Assembly (NCBI GenBank): GCA_963726195.1 | Contig: CAVSBO010000003.1 | Coordinates: 451,011 to 515,010 of the forward strand | DNA length: 64,000 nucleotides | From: Candidatus Thorarchaeota archaeon | Lineage (GTDB): Archaea > Asgardarchaeota > Thorarchaeia > Thorarchaeales > Thorarchaeaceae | Direction: 5' to 3' | In this document: positions 1-9,018 of the stretch, piece by piece | Layout of the letters: each line of letters opens with the position of its first letter | Numbering within the stretch: position 1 is the stretch's first letter | Position numbers and translations under genes: made by a program | The notes under the pieces: model-generated | Told to the model about the DNA's origin: nothing | Database searches by the model: none | The model's input: the letters and a program-made list of their open reading frames with translations, nothing else

Positions 1-1815
1 CAGCTGTTTAGTCCCAAGGTAGTATGTTCTTCGAGCAGCACATCTGTTCAGGTTTGTACGTTAATTGTCAATACTCTCAAAGCCCTGCATATCAACGCAG
101 TTCTCGACACAGCCGACTTCAACACTTACTACATGAACGTCGAATACCACCTTGACTACGACATTCTATTCCATGGTGTGGACTTCGGCACTTTTGACGT
201 GAATTGGCTGGGTTACGACTTCTGGTCTGGCTACATTAACCAGCCGTACTATAACGAACCATGCTGGGCCAATCCGACCTACGATTCGTGGAGAAACCAA
301 TTGCTGCACTCGACGAATCATAGCTTGGTGTACCAAGCAGCTCAAGAAATGCAGAAAATCTGGATATACAACTGCCCAGAGATCATTCTGTACGAGAACT
401 GCTTACTATATGCTTACAGGACCGATAGGTTCGAGGGCTATGTTAACGATGCATTGCATGGTGTGCCCGGTTTCTGGACAGACTACAACGTGCATTTGAA
501 GCAGTCTCAGGGCGGGCCCTTGGGTGGGACATTCCGCTGGAGTCTTCCGCAGGACATTGACACCTTCAACCTAATGGCAAGCAACTTGGCTTACACTTGG
601 GACGTACTGGCCCAGCTGTATGACCCCCTGATTACCACAGACTACCAAGGCAATGATATGCCATGGCTAGCCTCTTCGTGGATTGTTGCTACACATGCTG
701 ATAATGCCTCGGTGCCATCAGGTCATACAAGAATCACCTTCAACATGATCCAGAACGCAACATGGTCCGACGGCCAGCCGTTGACGGCGGATGATGTGGC
801 ATTCAGTCTCAACTTCTACCGAAATGCGTCAGGCAATCCATTTGGGCCATCGCTCGTGGACATGACTGCTGCATATTCAACGTCCACGTATCAGGTCGTA
901 GTCGAGTTCTCAACAGAGTCTTACTGGCACTTACACGACTGTGGGTACCAGTACATAATTCCGAAGCACTTCTTCATCGCCCATGGGATAACTACGAGCA
1001 ACTGGAACAGTTGGAACCCACGACCTCCAACCGACGCGATGGTGACTTCGGGACCATTCTACGTAAGCAACTACGTTGCAGGTGAGTTTTGTGAACTGAC
1101 CCGCAACCCCAACTATTTCTACAAATGTCCCGTGCCACCCGCAGTAGACCATCCGGAAGACCTTGAGTATGAACAGGGACAGACGGGTAACTTCATCATT
1201 TGGCACGCTTCAGGCACGAGTCCCTCAAGCTACTCCATATTCTGGAACGGAAACAGCATCGCTTCGGGTCCCTGGAACACGTCTGGAGAGGTTGTGTACG
1301 TATCGGTTGATGGATTACCTTTGGGAGTCCACAACTTCACAATCAAAGTTACTGATACTGGCGGGCTCTTCGCGACCGATACTGTCTTCGTCACTGTAAT
1401 AGAGGCGGCCGCCCCAATAGTAGATCATCCAGCAGACATTGAATATGAACTGGGACAAACGGGTAACATCATCGTTTGGCATCCTTCAGATATGACCCCA
1501 GCCGCCTATTTCGTGTTCCTCGATGAGAATCTCTCAGCGTTTAGTGTCTGGAAAACATCGGGCGAGGCGATAGCTGTATCGGTCGACGGACTTCCTTTAG
1601 GGATTCACAATTGCACCCTGATGGTCATCGATAGAGGCGGGCTCTTCGCGACTGACACCGTGCTTGTCACGGTGATTCAACCACAGACGACAACAACAAC
1701 TACAACAAATACAACCACTACGCCGACGTTAGATATCCCAGTCATACTAGGCGTTGGTATTGGTCTGGCATGTGTAGCGGTAGTGAGTGCAGTCATTCTT
1801 CGACGCAAATCCTAG
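1..1815 (+). CDS. Extracellular solute-binding protein, ABC family 5 (peptide/nickel type), 5-prime truncated by the window edge; carries two C-terminal tandem Ig-like repeats, a Thr-rich linker and a TM anchor
   Basis: Frame 1 has no stop from nt 1 to the ATG at 133, so the ORF runs off the left edge. Family-5 SBP-like segments are present (ITFNMIQNATWSDGQPLTADDVAFSLNF; GPFYVSNYVAGEFCELTRNPNYF). Two ~90-aa repeats lie at about nt 1141-1410 and 1411-1680. They are followed by a QTTTTTTTNTTTTPT linker, a hydrophobic helix and RRKS. Confidence 0.7.
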   Translation, partial: QLFSPKVVCSSSSTSVQVCTLIVNTLKALHINAVLDTADFNTYYMNVEYHLDYDILFHGVDFGTFDVNWLGYDFWSGYINQPYYNEPCWANPTYDSWRNQLLHSTNHSLVYQAAQEMQKIWIYNCPEIILYENCLLYAYRTDRFEGYVNDALHGVPGFWTDYNVHLKQSQGGPLGGTFRWSLPQDIDTFNLMASNLAYTWDVLAQLYDPLITTDYQGNDMPWLASSWIVATHADNASVPSGHTRITFNMIQNATWSDGQPLTADDVAFSLNFYRNASGNPFGPSLVDMTAAYSTSTYQVVVEFSTESYWHLHDCGYQYIIPKHFFIAHGITTSNWNSWNPRPPTDAMVTSGPFYVSNYVAGEFCELTRNPNYFYKCPVPPAVDHPEDLEYEQGQTGNFIIWHASGTSPSSYSIFWNGNSIASGPWNTSGEVVYVSVDGLPLGVHNFTIKVTDTGGLFATDTVFVTVIEAAAPIVDHPADIEYELGQTGNIIVWHPSDMTPAAYFVFLDENLSAFSVWKTSGEAIAVSVDGLPLGIHNCTLMVIDRGGLFATDTVLVTVIQPQTTTTTTTNTTTTPTLDIPVILGVGIGLACVAVVSAVILRRKS

Positions 1816-2289
1816 CCCGGTGACAAGTACTCGTTGTGTCTGCCCTTGCTACTCTTTCTCTTGAGTCCTCTATTTCAGAAGAAGGACCTTGCGAGGACCC
1901 ACGGTAGTCAGATGACTCTTGGCGAACTAGATCTGTTTCTCTGGTTTCATGTGAACGGAAGCAAGAAAGGATCCAATCGAATCGTCGCATTCTGCCATTG
2001 GGGATTGACCCGTCGTTACGCTCCTGGCGAGCACGAAAGATAAGCGACCCGCAACCATTGTGTCAGCAAACGATATATCCCGGCTGTGCATACGGTCCAG
2101 CTTCACTTAGGTTGCTTTCAATGACAAGCCACCACGTCAATCACTGTGCACGCTCACTGCAACAGGCGTCTCAAACTCATCTTAGAGAAACGAAGACAGC
2201 CTATGAAGGTTAGGAAGGAATACTCTCGTTGCATTCTGATACAAGACACATCAAAGGCAGTATCACATGCTGTGCTCTAGTAGCTCTCT

Positions 2290-5166
2290 TTGCGTTACTG
2301 CTCGCTGCCGTCCCGCCTGCTGCGGCGGCACCTGGCAGCTGATTCTGAGAATTTCACTACCACAACGTACCGAGACACTGGGGCTACGAATGCTACAGGC
2401 TGGGGGAACGGATCAGTCAGGCTTCCCCATAGGGGTCCCGTACTGGTGGCCACCTATGACACGCCCGCGGGTCCGTTTGGGGCAGTGGTGCAAGGAGGCA
2501 TTGCTTATGTCGCAGACAACGTGGGAGGATTGCGGATAATCAACGTGACCAATCCTCGAAACCCGGTCCTATTAGGCAACTGCTCTACGCTCAGCGTGGC
2601 GTTTGGAGTTGCGGTACAGGATGGCATCGCCTATATCGCCAACCAAGTCAAGGGTCTGCAGATAGTCAACGTAACCAATCCTCGAAAGCCTGTGTTGTTA
2701 GGCAATTGCGATACACTGGGCCGTTCAGAATATGTAGCATACAGCGGCGGCTTGGCCTACATCGCTGACTACGACTACGGACTCCAGATATTCAATGTCA
2801 CCAATCCTCATAACCCCGTGCGGATCGGTACATACAACACACCCGGTTTCGCGTTCGGCGTATCTGTGGCAGGAGGCGTGGCTTACGTTGCTGACACTGG
2901 CTCGCTTCTAGCAATCAATGTGACAAACCCACGAAACCCTGTCCTGCTGGGCAGCTACGGCGCGGTCTCCAATGCAATCGAGGTAACGGTATCGGGCTCT
3001 ATCGCGTACGTTGCGAACGGCAATTCGGGGTTGTTGCTGCTCAATGTTACGAATCCTCGACAGCCCGCATTGCTGGGCTCCTGTGATACTCCAGGCACTT
3101 CAGAGGAAGTATACGTGACGGGCGGGTTCGCTTATGTTGCTGACTATTATTCAGGACTTCAAATCATGAATGTTACAAATCCTAAGAACCCAAAGACAGT
3201 GGGCACCTATGACACGCCCGGTATCGCATATGGAGTGACAGTAGCAGGGTCTTACGCTTACGTCTCGGACGAAAGCTCAGGATTGCAGATACTGAACGTT
3301 GCTGACTATGTGACGCCAACTTCGGCTGGCGTGTGTAGCGATCCCCCCTATGCTGATGGAGTGTATGTCGACGGAACATGCGCCTACGTTGTTGCCCATG
3401 ATGATGGACTATACGTGGTCAACGTAACCGACCCCAGAAACCCCGCTGTCCTGGGCCATTGCGCTATCAATGCGTACTCACTTGGCGTATGGGTTGCGGG
3501 CCGGTTTGCGTATGTGGCAAGCTATGGATCATACCCCGATGTTGGCCTGCAAATCGTCAACATCACCGACCCTCGCCATCCGACCATCGTTGCCACCTAT
3601 GGCATGGGCTGGTTTGAGGACGTATGGTCGGACGGGCGCTATGCCTACGCCGTTGGCCCGTACACGGGTAGCAAGGGCATGCTTTCGATTGTCAATGTCA
3701 CGAACCCCAAGAACCCAACGCTTCTGAGTTACTACGTCACGAACGGGACCGCCTTAGGAGTCCACATAGCAGGTCCGATTGCCTACGTAACTGACGCGGG
3801 CCCTGGTTTGTATGTGCTTAACGTTACCAACCCGAGGAAACCCTCTCTCTTGGGCTCCTATGCCTTGCCCCCATCTAGCCTCGGACTTGATGTCTTCGTG
3901 ACCGGCCCCTTTGCGTATGTCGCCGACTATACATCAGGCTTCAGGGTCTTCAATGTCACAGACCCACATCATCCGACCCTCACTGGCTCATATCCCATAT
4001 CCGGGGCATATGGCGTTTGGGTGTCGGGCTCTTTCGCATATGTGGCAGATGAGGACGCAGGTCTGCGAGTCTTCAACGTCACAGATCCCAGGCATCCTGC
4101 TCTCTTGGGCACATATGACACTCCCGGCATTGCATATGATGTATGCGCGGCCGGCGACTATGCGTATGTCGCCGATTACACCCAGGGCTTGAGAGTTGTG
4201 GAAGTCCAGCGTAATCGATGCCGTGAGTTTGAGACTAAGGCCGTAGCTCAGTCCCTGACCGTCTCTTCACCTTCTACCACTGCGCTAGTTGTGAATGCCA
4301 CCCTCACCTCCAGTCAAGGCATCCCGAGCGGCACATCGGTTGCCTACTATCTATCATCAGACGGCGGTGTCAATTGGGAATCAGTGAGTCCCGGAGTTCT
4401 CCACGTCTTCGGTCATATCGAACACGAACTAAGATGGCGGGCAGTCCTGACCACGGGTGATACACTGAAGACGCCAGTAATCAGCAGTCTCTCCATTACC
4501 TATCAAACTCGATTGACAGGTACGACCCTCGCTTCGCCTATTGATGGTAGTGGCAGTAACGACAATACACCCTTGTTGGTCTGGAATGCACTTGCCGGAG
4601 CAAACACCTACCTGCTACAGATTGACACATCAAGCACATTCAACTCGACCAACCTACGCAGTGTGACCGTCGCGAGCACAAGCTACTCTCCAGTCACTCC
4701 CTTGTCGGACGGTACGTGGTACTGGAGAATTGCTGCGAACGACTCGGCAGGTGTTCTGGGTGTCTTCTCTGCAACATGGAGCCTCATTGTCGAGACCGTT
4801 GCACCTACATGGGTGGTCACGCCTGTTTCGCAGACACTGACCTACGGGCAAGCACTGAGTTATCAGCTGCAAGCCTCTGATCCGTCTGGTATCGGCCTGT
4901 GGCAGGTCAACGATACTGCGCACTTTGCTATCAGCTCGGGCGGCCTTCTGACAAATGCAACGACCTTGGCAAGCGGCAGCTATGGTGTCACCGTAACGGT
5001 ATATGACATCTACAACAACCCATTGTCTGTATCCTTTACCATCACGGTCCAGGCTCAGACCACAACGACGACACCTCCGGGCATTCCGTCTACCCTCTAT
5101 TTGGGAATCAGTCTCGGAGCTGTGATAGCAATCATCATAGTGATTCTCCTGCGCCGGAAGGGTTAG
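2290..5166 (+). CDS. LVIVD-repeat beta-propeller surface protein with C-terminal Ig-like region, Thr-rich linker and TM anchor
   Basis: About 16 repeats of the pattern G.AYVAD...GL.I.NVTNPR.P.LLG, which is LVIVD-repeat like. The protein ends in QTTTTTPP, a TM helix and RRKG. The true start is probably the ATG at 2203 (MKVRKEYSR...), but the signal-peptide region reads through two frames. Confidence 0.8.
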   Translation: MRYCSLPSRLLRRHLAADSENFTTTTYRDTGATNATGWGNGSVRLPHRGPVLVATYDTPAGPFGAVVQGGIAYVADNVGGLRIINVTNPRNPVLLGNCSTLSVAFGVAVQDGIAYIANQVKGLQIVNVTNPRKPVLLGNCDTLGRSEYVAYSGGLAYIADYDYGLQIFNVTNPHNPVRIGTYNTPGFAFGVSVAGGVAYVADTGSLLAINVTNPRNPVLLGSYGAVSNAIEVTVSGSIAYVANGNSGLLLLNVTNPRQPALLGSCDTPGTSEEVYVTGGFAYVADYYSGLQIMNVTNPKNPKTVGTYDTPGIAYGVTVAGSYAYVSDESSGLQILNVADYVTPTSAGVCSDPPYADGVYVDGTCAYVVAHDDGLYVVNVTDPRNPAVLGHCAINAYSLGVWVAGRFAYVASYGSYPDVGLQIVNITDPRHPTIVATYGMGWFEDVWSDGRYAYAVGPYTGSKGMLSIVNVTNPKNPTLLSYYVTNGTALGVHIAGPIAYVTDAGPGLYVLNVTNPRKPSLLGSYALPPSSLGLDVFVTGPFAYVADYTSGFRVFNVTDPHHPTLTGSYPISGAYGVWVSGSFAYVADEDAGLRVFNVTDPRHPALLGTYDTPGIAYDVCAAGDYAYVADYTQGLRVVEVQRNRCREFETKAVAQSLTVSSPSTTALVVNATLTSSQGIPSGTSVAYYLSSDGGVNWESVSPGVLHVFGHIEHELRWRAVLTTGDTLKTPVISSLSITYQTRLTGTTLASPIDGSGSNDNTPLLVWNALAGANTYLLQIDTSSTFNSTNLRSVTVASTSYSPVTPLSDGTWYWRIAANDSAGVLGVFSATWSLIVETVAPTWVVTPVSQTLTYGQALSYQLQASDPSGIGLWQVNDTAHFAISSGGLLTNATTLASGSYGVTVTVYDIYNNPLSVSFTITVQAQTTTTTPPGIPSTLYLGISLGAVIAIIIVILLRRKG

Positions 5167-5409
5167 TACAGCACATTTGACCTAAGGTTGAAACGGTCTC
5201 ACAGTTGTGCAAAGGAAGGAAGCCCTACGGGGCTTCCCCTTCATTTTGTTTTGCAGACGCAGAGGGTTTTTGCTACGGTTGACCTGCCATGTCTCTCAAG
5301 GCCGGAGTGGGTTACTCGCTGGACAGAACGAACGTGCCATCAAGCAGCCGAAACCCTCGATACTGTTTTTACCTAGAAGGACCATACCGGGCCCTGTATT
5401 CGCAGGGGA

Positions 5410-6561
5410 TTGATTGTCTTGAAGGTCCTAGTCGTTGGGTCAGGCATGATGGGCAGGGGCGCAGCGTATGACCTTGCCAAGAACCCGAAGGTCGACCAAG
5501 TGGTCATTGGTGACATCGACCTAGCACGTGCTAGTGCTCTTGCCAAGGAGACTGGTCCTAAGGCAATTGCAGAGAAAGTCGATGCACGCAACAGAGCCCA
5601 GCTTGTGAAGTCATTCTCGAAGGTTGACTCGGTCGTCAGCTGTGTCAGCTATACCGTGAACTTGCTGTGCACCGAGGTGGCAATCGAAACCGGGAAGCAC
5701 ATGTGTGACTTAGGGGGCAATCTCGACGTTGTGGAAAAGCAGCTTCAGCTACATGACAAGGCGAAAGCTGCAAGAGTGACCGTGGTACCCGATTGCGGAC
5801 TCGCGCCGGGCATGGTCAACGTTCTTGTCCGAGACGGTGTTGACAACCTGAGCAGAACGGAAAGAGCACGAATCAGAGTTGGAGGGCTACAACAGAAACC
5901 CAAGCCACCGCTCAACTACTCTCTGGTATTCTCTGTTGAAGGGTTGATTAACGAGTATGTAGAACCATGTATGGTGCTGAGAGGCGGGAAAATAGCCTAT
6001 GAGGACCCGCTCATCGGTTTCGAACAGGTGAAGTTCCCTGAACCGTTCGGCATGCTTGAAGCATTCAATACCAGCGGTGGAACGTCCACACTACCAGTGA
6101 CCTATCAAGGCAAGATAAAGAATCTCGACTACAAAACGATCAGATATCCCGGACATGGACACGACATGTGGTGTCTGTTGAAGCTCGGATTCATGGACGG
6201 CAACGAACAGGACTTCGATGGTATCAAAGTCGCTCCGAGAAAGGTGCTCGAAAGACTTCTCGAAAAGAACCTCCCGAAATCCGAAAAGGATGTCACGCTT
6301 CTCCGCGTAACAGTGGAAGGCTGGAAAGGGACGGAGTCGCGTACGATAGAATACGAACTCATGGACTACTTCGATGACAAGACTGGCTTGACTTCGATGA
6401 TGAGAACGACTGCTTTTCCCGCAGCACTCACTGCGGTCTGGATGACTGATGGGACTATCAACGAAAGAGGAGTTCTTCCTCCCGAACGTGCCATACCTTC
6501 GGGCCCATTCATTGAGCAGATGCGCGCACGAGGAATTGATATCAAGCGAAGAGTATTCTGA
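5410..6561 (+). CDS. Saccharopine dehydrogenase family NAD(P)-binding protein
   Basis: N-terminal Rossmann motif VLVVGSGMMGRGAAYDL. Length and C-terminal region fit the Sacchrp_dh N+C domain architecture. Confidence 0.7.
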   Translation: MIVLKVLVVGSGMMGRGAAYDLAKNPKVDQVVIGDIDLARASALAKETGPKAIAEKVDARNRAQLVKSFSKVDSVVSCVSYTVNLLCTEVAIETGKHMCDLGGNLDVVEKQLQLHDKAKAARVTVVPDCGLAPGMVNVLVRDGVDNLSRTERARIRVGGLQQKPKPPLNYSLVFSVEGLINEYVEPCMVLRGGKIAYEDPLIGFEQVKFPEPFGMLEAFNTSGGTSTLPVTYQGKIKNLDYKTIRYPGHGHDMWCLLKLGFMDGNEQDFDGIKVAPRKVLERLLEKNLPKSEKDVTLLRVTVEGWKGTESRTIEYELMDYFDDKTGLTSMMRTTAFPAALTAVWMTDGTINERGVLPPERAIPSGPFIEQMRARGIDIKRRVF

Positions 6562-6640
6562 GTATTGCTCTGGTTGTGAGCAGGTCTCGTCGGAGGGCGA
6601 GAGACCGCATATTCATTAGTGCGAGAGACGGGATACTATC

Positions 6641-7879
6641 ATGCGTGCTGTCAACATGACTCGCTACACTCATATATTCAAGAAGATCCAAGAGGCTCAA
6701 GACGTTCTAAAGGACATTGCGCGAGTGACACCACTCGACAGGTCCACAACCTTCAGCAAGATTACAGGTGGAGATGTGTACCTCAAACTTGAGAATCTCC
6801 AGAAGACGGGGTCCTTCAAAGTTAGGGGTGCAGCCTATGCCATGTCCAAACTGACTCCGAAACAGAGGAAGGCAGGGGTCATTGCCGCTTCTGCCGGGAA
6901 TCACGCACAGGGTATCGCCTATGCGGCTAGTCGCCTTGGCATTGCGGCCACGATTGTGATGCCGTCCTTCTCGCCTGTTGCCAAAGTCCAAGCAACTCGG
7001 GGTTATGGTGCAGAAGTCCTCCTCTATGGTTCTGCATTTGACGACGCACTTGCGAAGGCTATGGAAATCTCCAAGACCACGGGGGCAACTTTCATGCATC
7101 CGTTCAATGACGAGAACGTTATTGCTGGTCAGGGAACGGTTGGCTTGGAAATCCTCAACGAACTGCCCAATGTCGACGTTGTTGCGGTCCCAATCGGAGG
7201 CGGTGGCTTGTCAGCAGGAATTGCCATTGCCATGAAGGAACTTAAGCCGGACGTCGAAATATACGGTGTCGAAGCAGCAACCGCATCGTCCATGAGAGCT
7301 TCAATCGAAGCGGGGGAGGTTGTCGGAGTCGAGAACCTTGATACGATATGCGACGGGATTGCGGTCAAGAAAGTCGGCGATCTCACCTACCCTATCGCAA
7401 AGGAGTTGCTCAGCGGCGTTGTGACAGTGGAAGACCCCCAAGTGACTAGGACACTATTTCACTTGCTTGAGCGAGCGAAGCTGGTGGTGGAGCCTGCTGG
7501 CTGCGTTGGTCTATCCGCATTCGAACATGGAATCATCGACATTCACGGTAAGAAAGCTGTGGCCGTTCTCTCTGGAGGCAACATTGACATGAGCTTCATG
7601 GCCCGCATGGTCGAGAAAGAACTATTCAGTCTTCATCACTTGGTTAGGGTAAGAGGACAGATTTTCGATCGGGTGGGCAGCCTGAACAAGGTCCTTGATG
7701 TTGTCACGGAGTCTGGGGTGAACATCATAGAAATCCAGCATGACAGATACGATCCTGATATCCCTCCCAACCGCGCAGAGATACTCATGATTCTGGAGGT
7801 CCCCGAGGAGTCAGCGCTGGAAAGGCTGTTTGATTTGCTCGAAAAGAAAGGAATGCACTTCGAGGTGTTTGAAGAGTAA
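6641..7879 (+). CDS. ilvA: Threonine ammonia-lyase (threonine dehydratase), PLP-dependent, with C-terminal ACT-like regulatory domain
   Basis: PLP lysine motif KLENLQKTGSFKVRGA, glycine loop PIGGGGL, and a ~80-aa C-terminal regulatory domain. Confidence 0.85.
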   Translation: MRAVNMTRYTHIFKKIQEAQDVLKDIARVTPLDRSTTFSKITGGDVYLKLENLQKTGSFKVRGAAYAMSKLTPKQRKAGVIAASAGNHAQGIAYAASRLGIAATIVMPSFSPVAKVQATRGYGAEVLLYGSAFDDALAKAMEISKTTGATFMHPFNDENVIAGQGTVGLEILNELPNVDVVAVPIGGGGLSAGIAIAMKELKPDVEIYGVEAATASSMRASIEAGEVVGVENLDTICDGIAVKKVGDLTYPIAKELLSGVVTVEDPQVTRTLFHLLERAKLVVEPAGCVGLSAFEHGIIDIHGKKAVAVLSGGNIDMSFMARMVEKELFSLHHLVRVRGQIFDRVGSLNKVLDVVTESGVNIIEIQHDRYDPDIPPNRAEILMILEVPEESALERLFDLLEKKGMHFEVFEE

Positions 7880-7982
7880 TTGGTCTGTACAGAAGACCTC
7901 TGGACTGGACATCTCATCCAGACTCAAAAACAAGAGATGGCGGCGGACCGCAACGTGTGACGGGCCACCGCTGCAATGAGGA

Positions 7983-8948
7983 TTACTTGCCAGGAGCCGC
8001 TAGTTTCGCCTTGAGCTTCTTGAGCATGTCCTTGGTCATGGCTGGCAGGTCGTAGTCCGGCTTCCAACCCCACTCTTTTCTTGCAACGCTGTCATCAATT
8101 GACTTGGGCCACGAGTCAGCTATAGCCTGATGGAAGTCGGGCTTGTAATCGATTTGAAAGTCCGGGATGTTCTTCTTGATTTCGTTGGCCAGCTCTTCCG
8201 GAGTGAAGCTAACGGCGGTTACGTTGAAAGTCCTGTGCACCAGCTTCTTGGCATCCGCTTCGATTAGGTCTATTGTGGACTTGATGCAATCAGGCATGTA
8301 CATCATTGGCAGACGCGTGTCCTTCGAAAGGAACGACGTGTAGCGCTTGTTCTTGATTGCCTCGTAGAAAATGGCGACAGCGTAGTCCGTGGTCCCACCA
8401 CCGGGCAGTGCTTCGGAACTAATGATTCCGGGATAGCGCAAGGATCTGAAGTCCACATTGAACTTGCGAGTGTAGTATTCCCCGAGGAGTTCAATCACGA
8501 CCTTAGTGACTCCGTACATGGTTGTCGGTCTCATAATCACATCATTTGGTGTGTTCTCCCTTGGAGTGCTGGGCCCGAACGCAGCAATCGAGCTCGGAAT
8601 CATCACTTGGCTGAGACCCTGAATTCGTGCGACCTCAAGCACATTGTACGCAGATTGCACGTTCGTTTCCCAAGCTAACTGTGGATTCTGTTCTCCTGCA
8701 GCCGAGAGTATCGACACATTGTGAATGACCACGTTAATATCATAATCGACGATCTTGTTCTGAAGGTCATTCATATCGAGAGCATCGAGCCTGTAGTACG
8801 GACCATCCGCGGTCAAGAGGTCTGGAGCCTTCTTTCGTCCTGTGGCTATGACATTCTCTCCGCCATACTTCTTCCTGAGTGCACCAATGAGCTCGGTCCC
8901 GATTTGGCCGTAGCTGCCAGTGACTAGAACACGCTTCGTCGTCTTCAC
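7983..8948 (-). CDS. tdh: L-threonine 3-dehydrogenase, NAD-dependent epimerase/dehydratase (extended SDR) type
   Basis: VLVTGSYGQIGTEL Rossmann motif. There is full-length similarity to SDR-type TDH, for example YGVTKV, LRYPGIIS, PGGGTTDYAV, RLPMMYMPDC, SFTPEELA and ARKEWGWKP. GTG start. Confidence 0.85.
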   Translation of the reverse strand: MKTTKRVLVTGSYGQIGTELIGALRKKYGGENVIATGRKKAPDLLTADGPYYRLDALDMNDLQNKIVDYDINVVIHNVSILSAAGEQNPQLAWETNVQSAYNVLEVARIQGLSQVMIPSSIAAFGPSTPRENTPNDVIMRPTTMYGVTKVVIELLGEYYTRKFNVDFRSLRYPGIISSEALPGGGTTDYAVAIFYEAIKNKRYTSFLSKDTRLPMMYMPDCIKSTIDLIEADAKKLVHRTFNVTAVSFTPEELANEIKKNIPDFQIDYKPDFHQAIADSWPKSIDDSVARKEWGWKPDYDLPAMTKDMLKKLKAKLAAPGK

Positions 8949-8982
8949 ACCTTCTGTGATTTGCCTAGACCGGTATCCCCTG

Positions 8983-9018
8983 CGCGAGATAACGCAGTTT
9001 TAAGTCTTGACATTGGCG
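8983..9018. repeat. Left copy of a perfect 36-bp direct repeat (cgcgagataacgcagttttaagtcttgacattggcg)
   Basis: Identical 36-mer occurs again at 10564-10599. It lies 35 nt upstream of the tdh start and contains a TATA-like TTTTAAG / CTTAAAA core. Confidence 0.95.

Noticed and set aside
1678-1730. Runs of aca/acg/acc codons (also at 5056-5075 and 9380-9430), considered as simple-sequence repeats
   Set aside because: They are in-frame poly-Thr linkers of surface proteins, not independent repeat elements.
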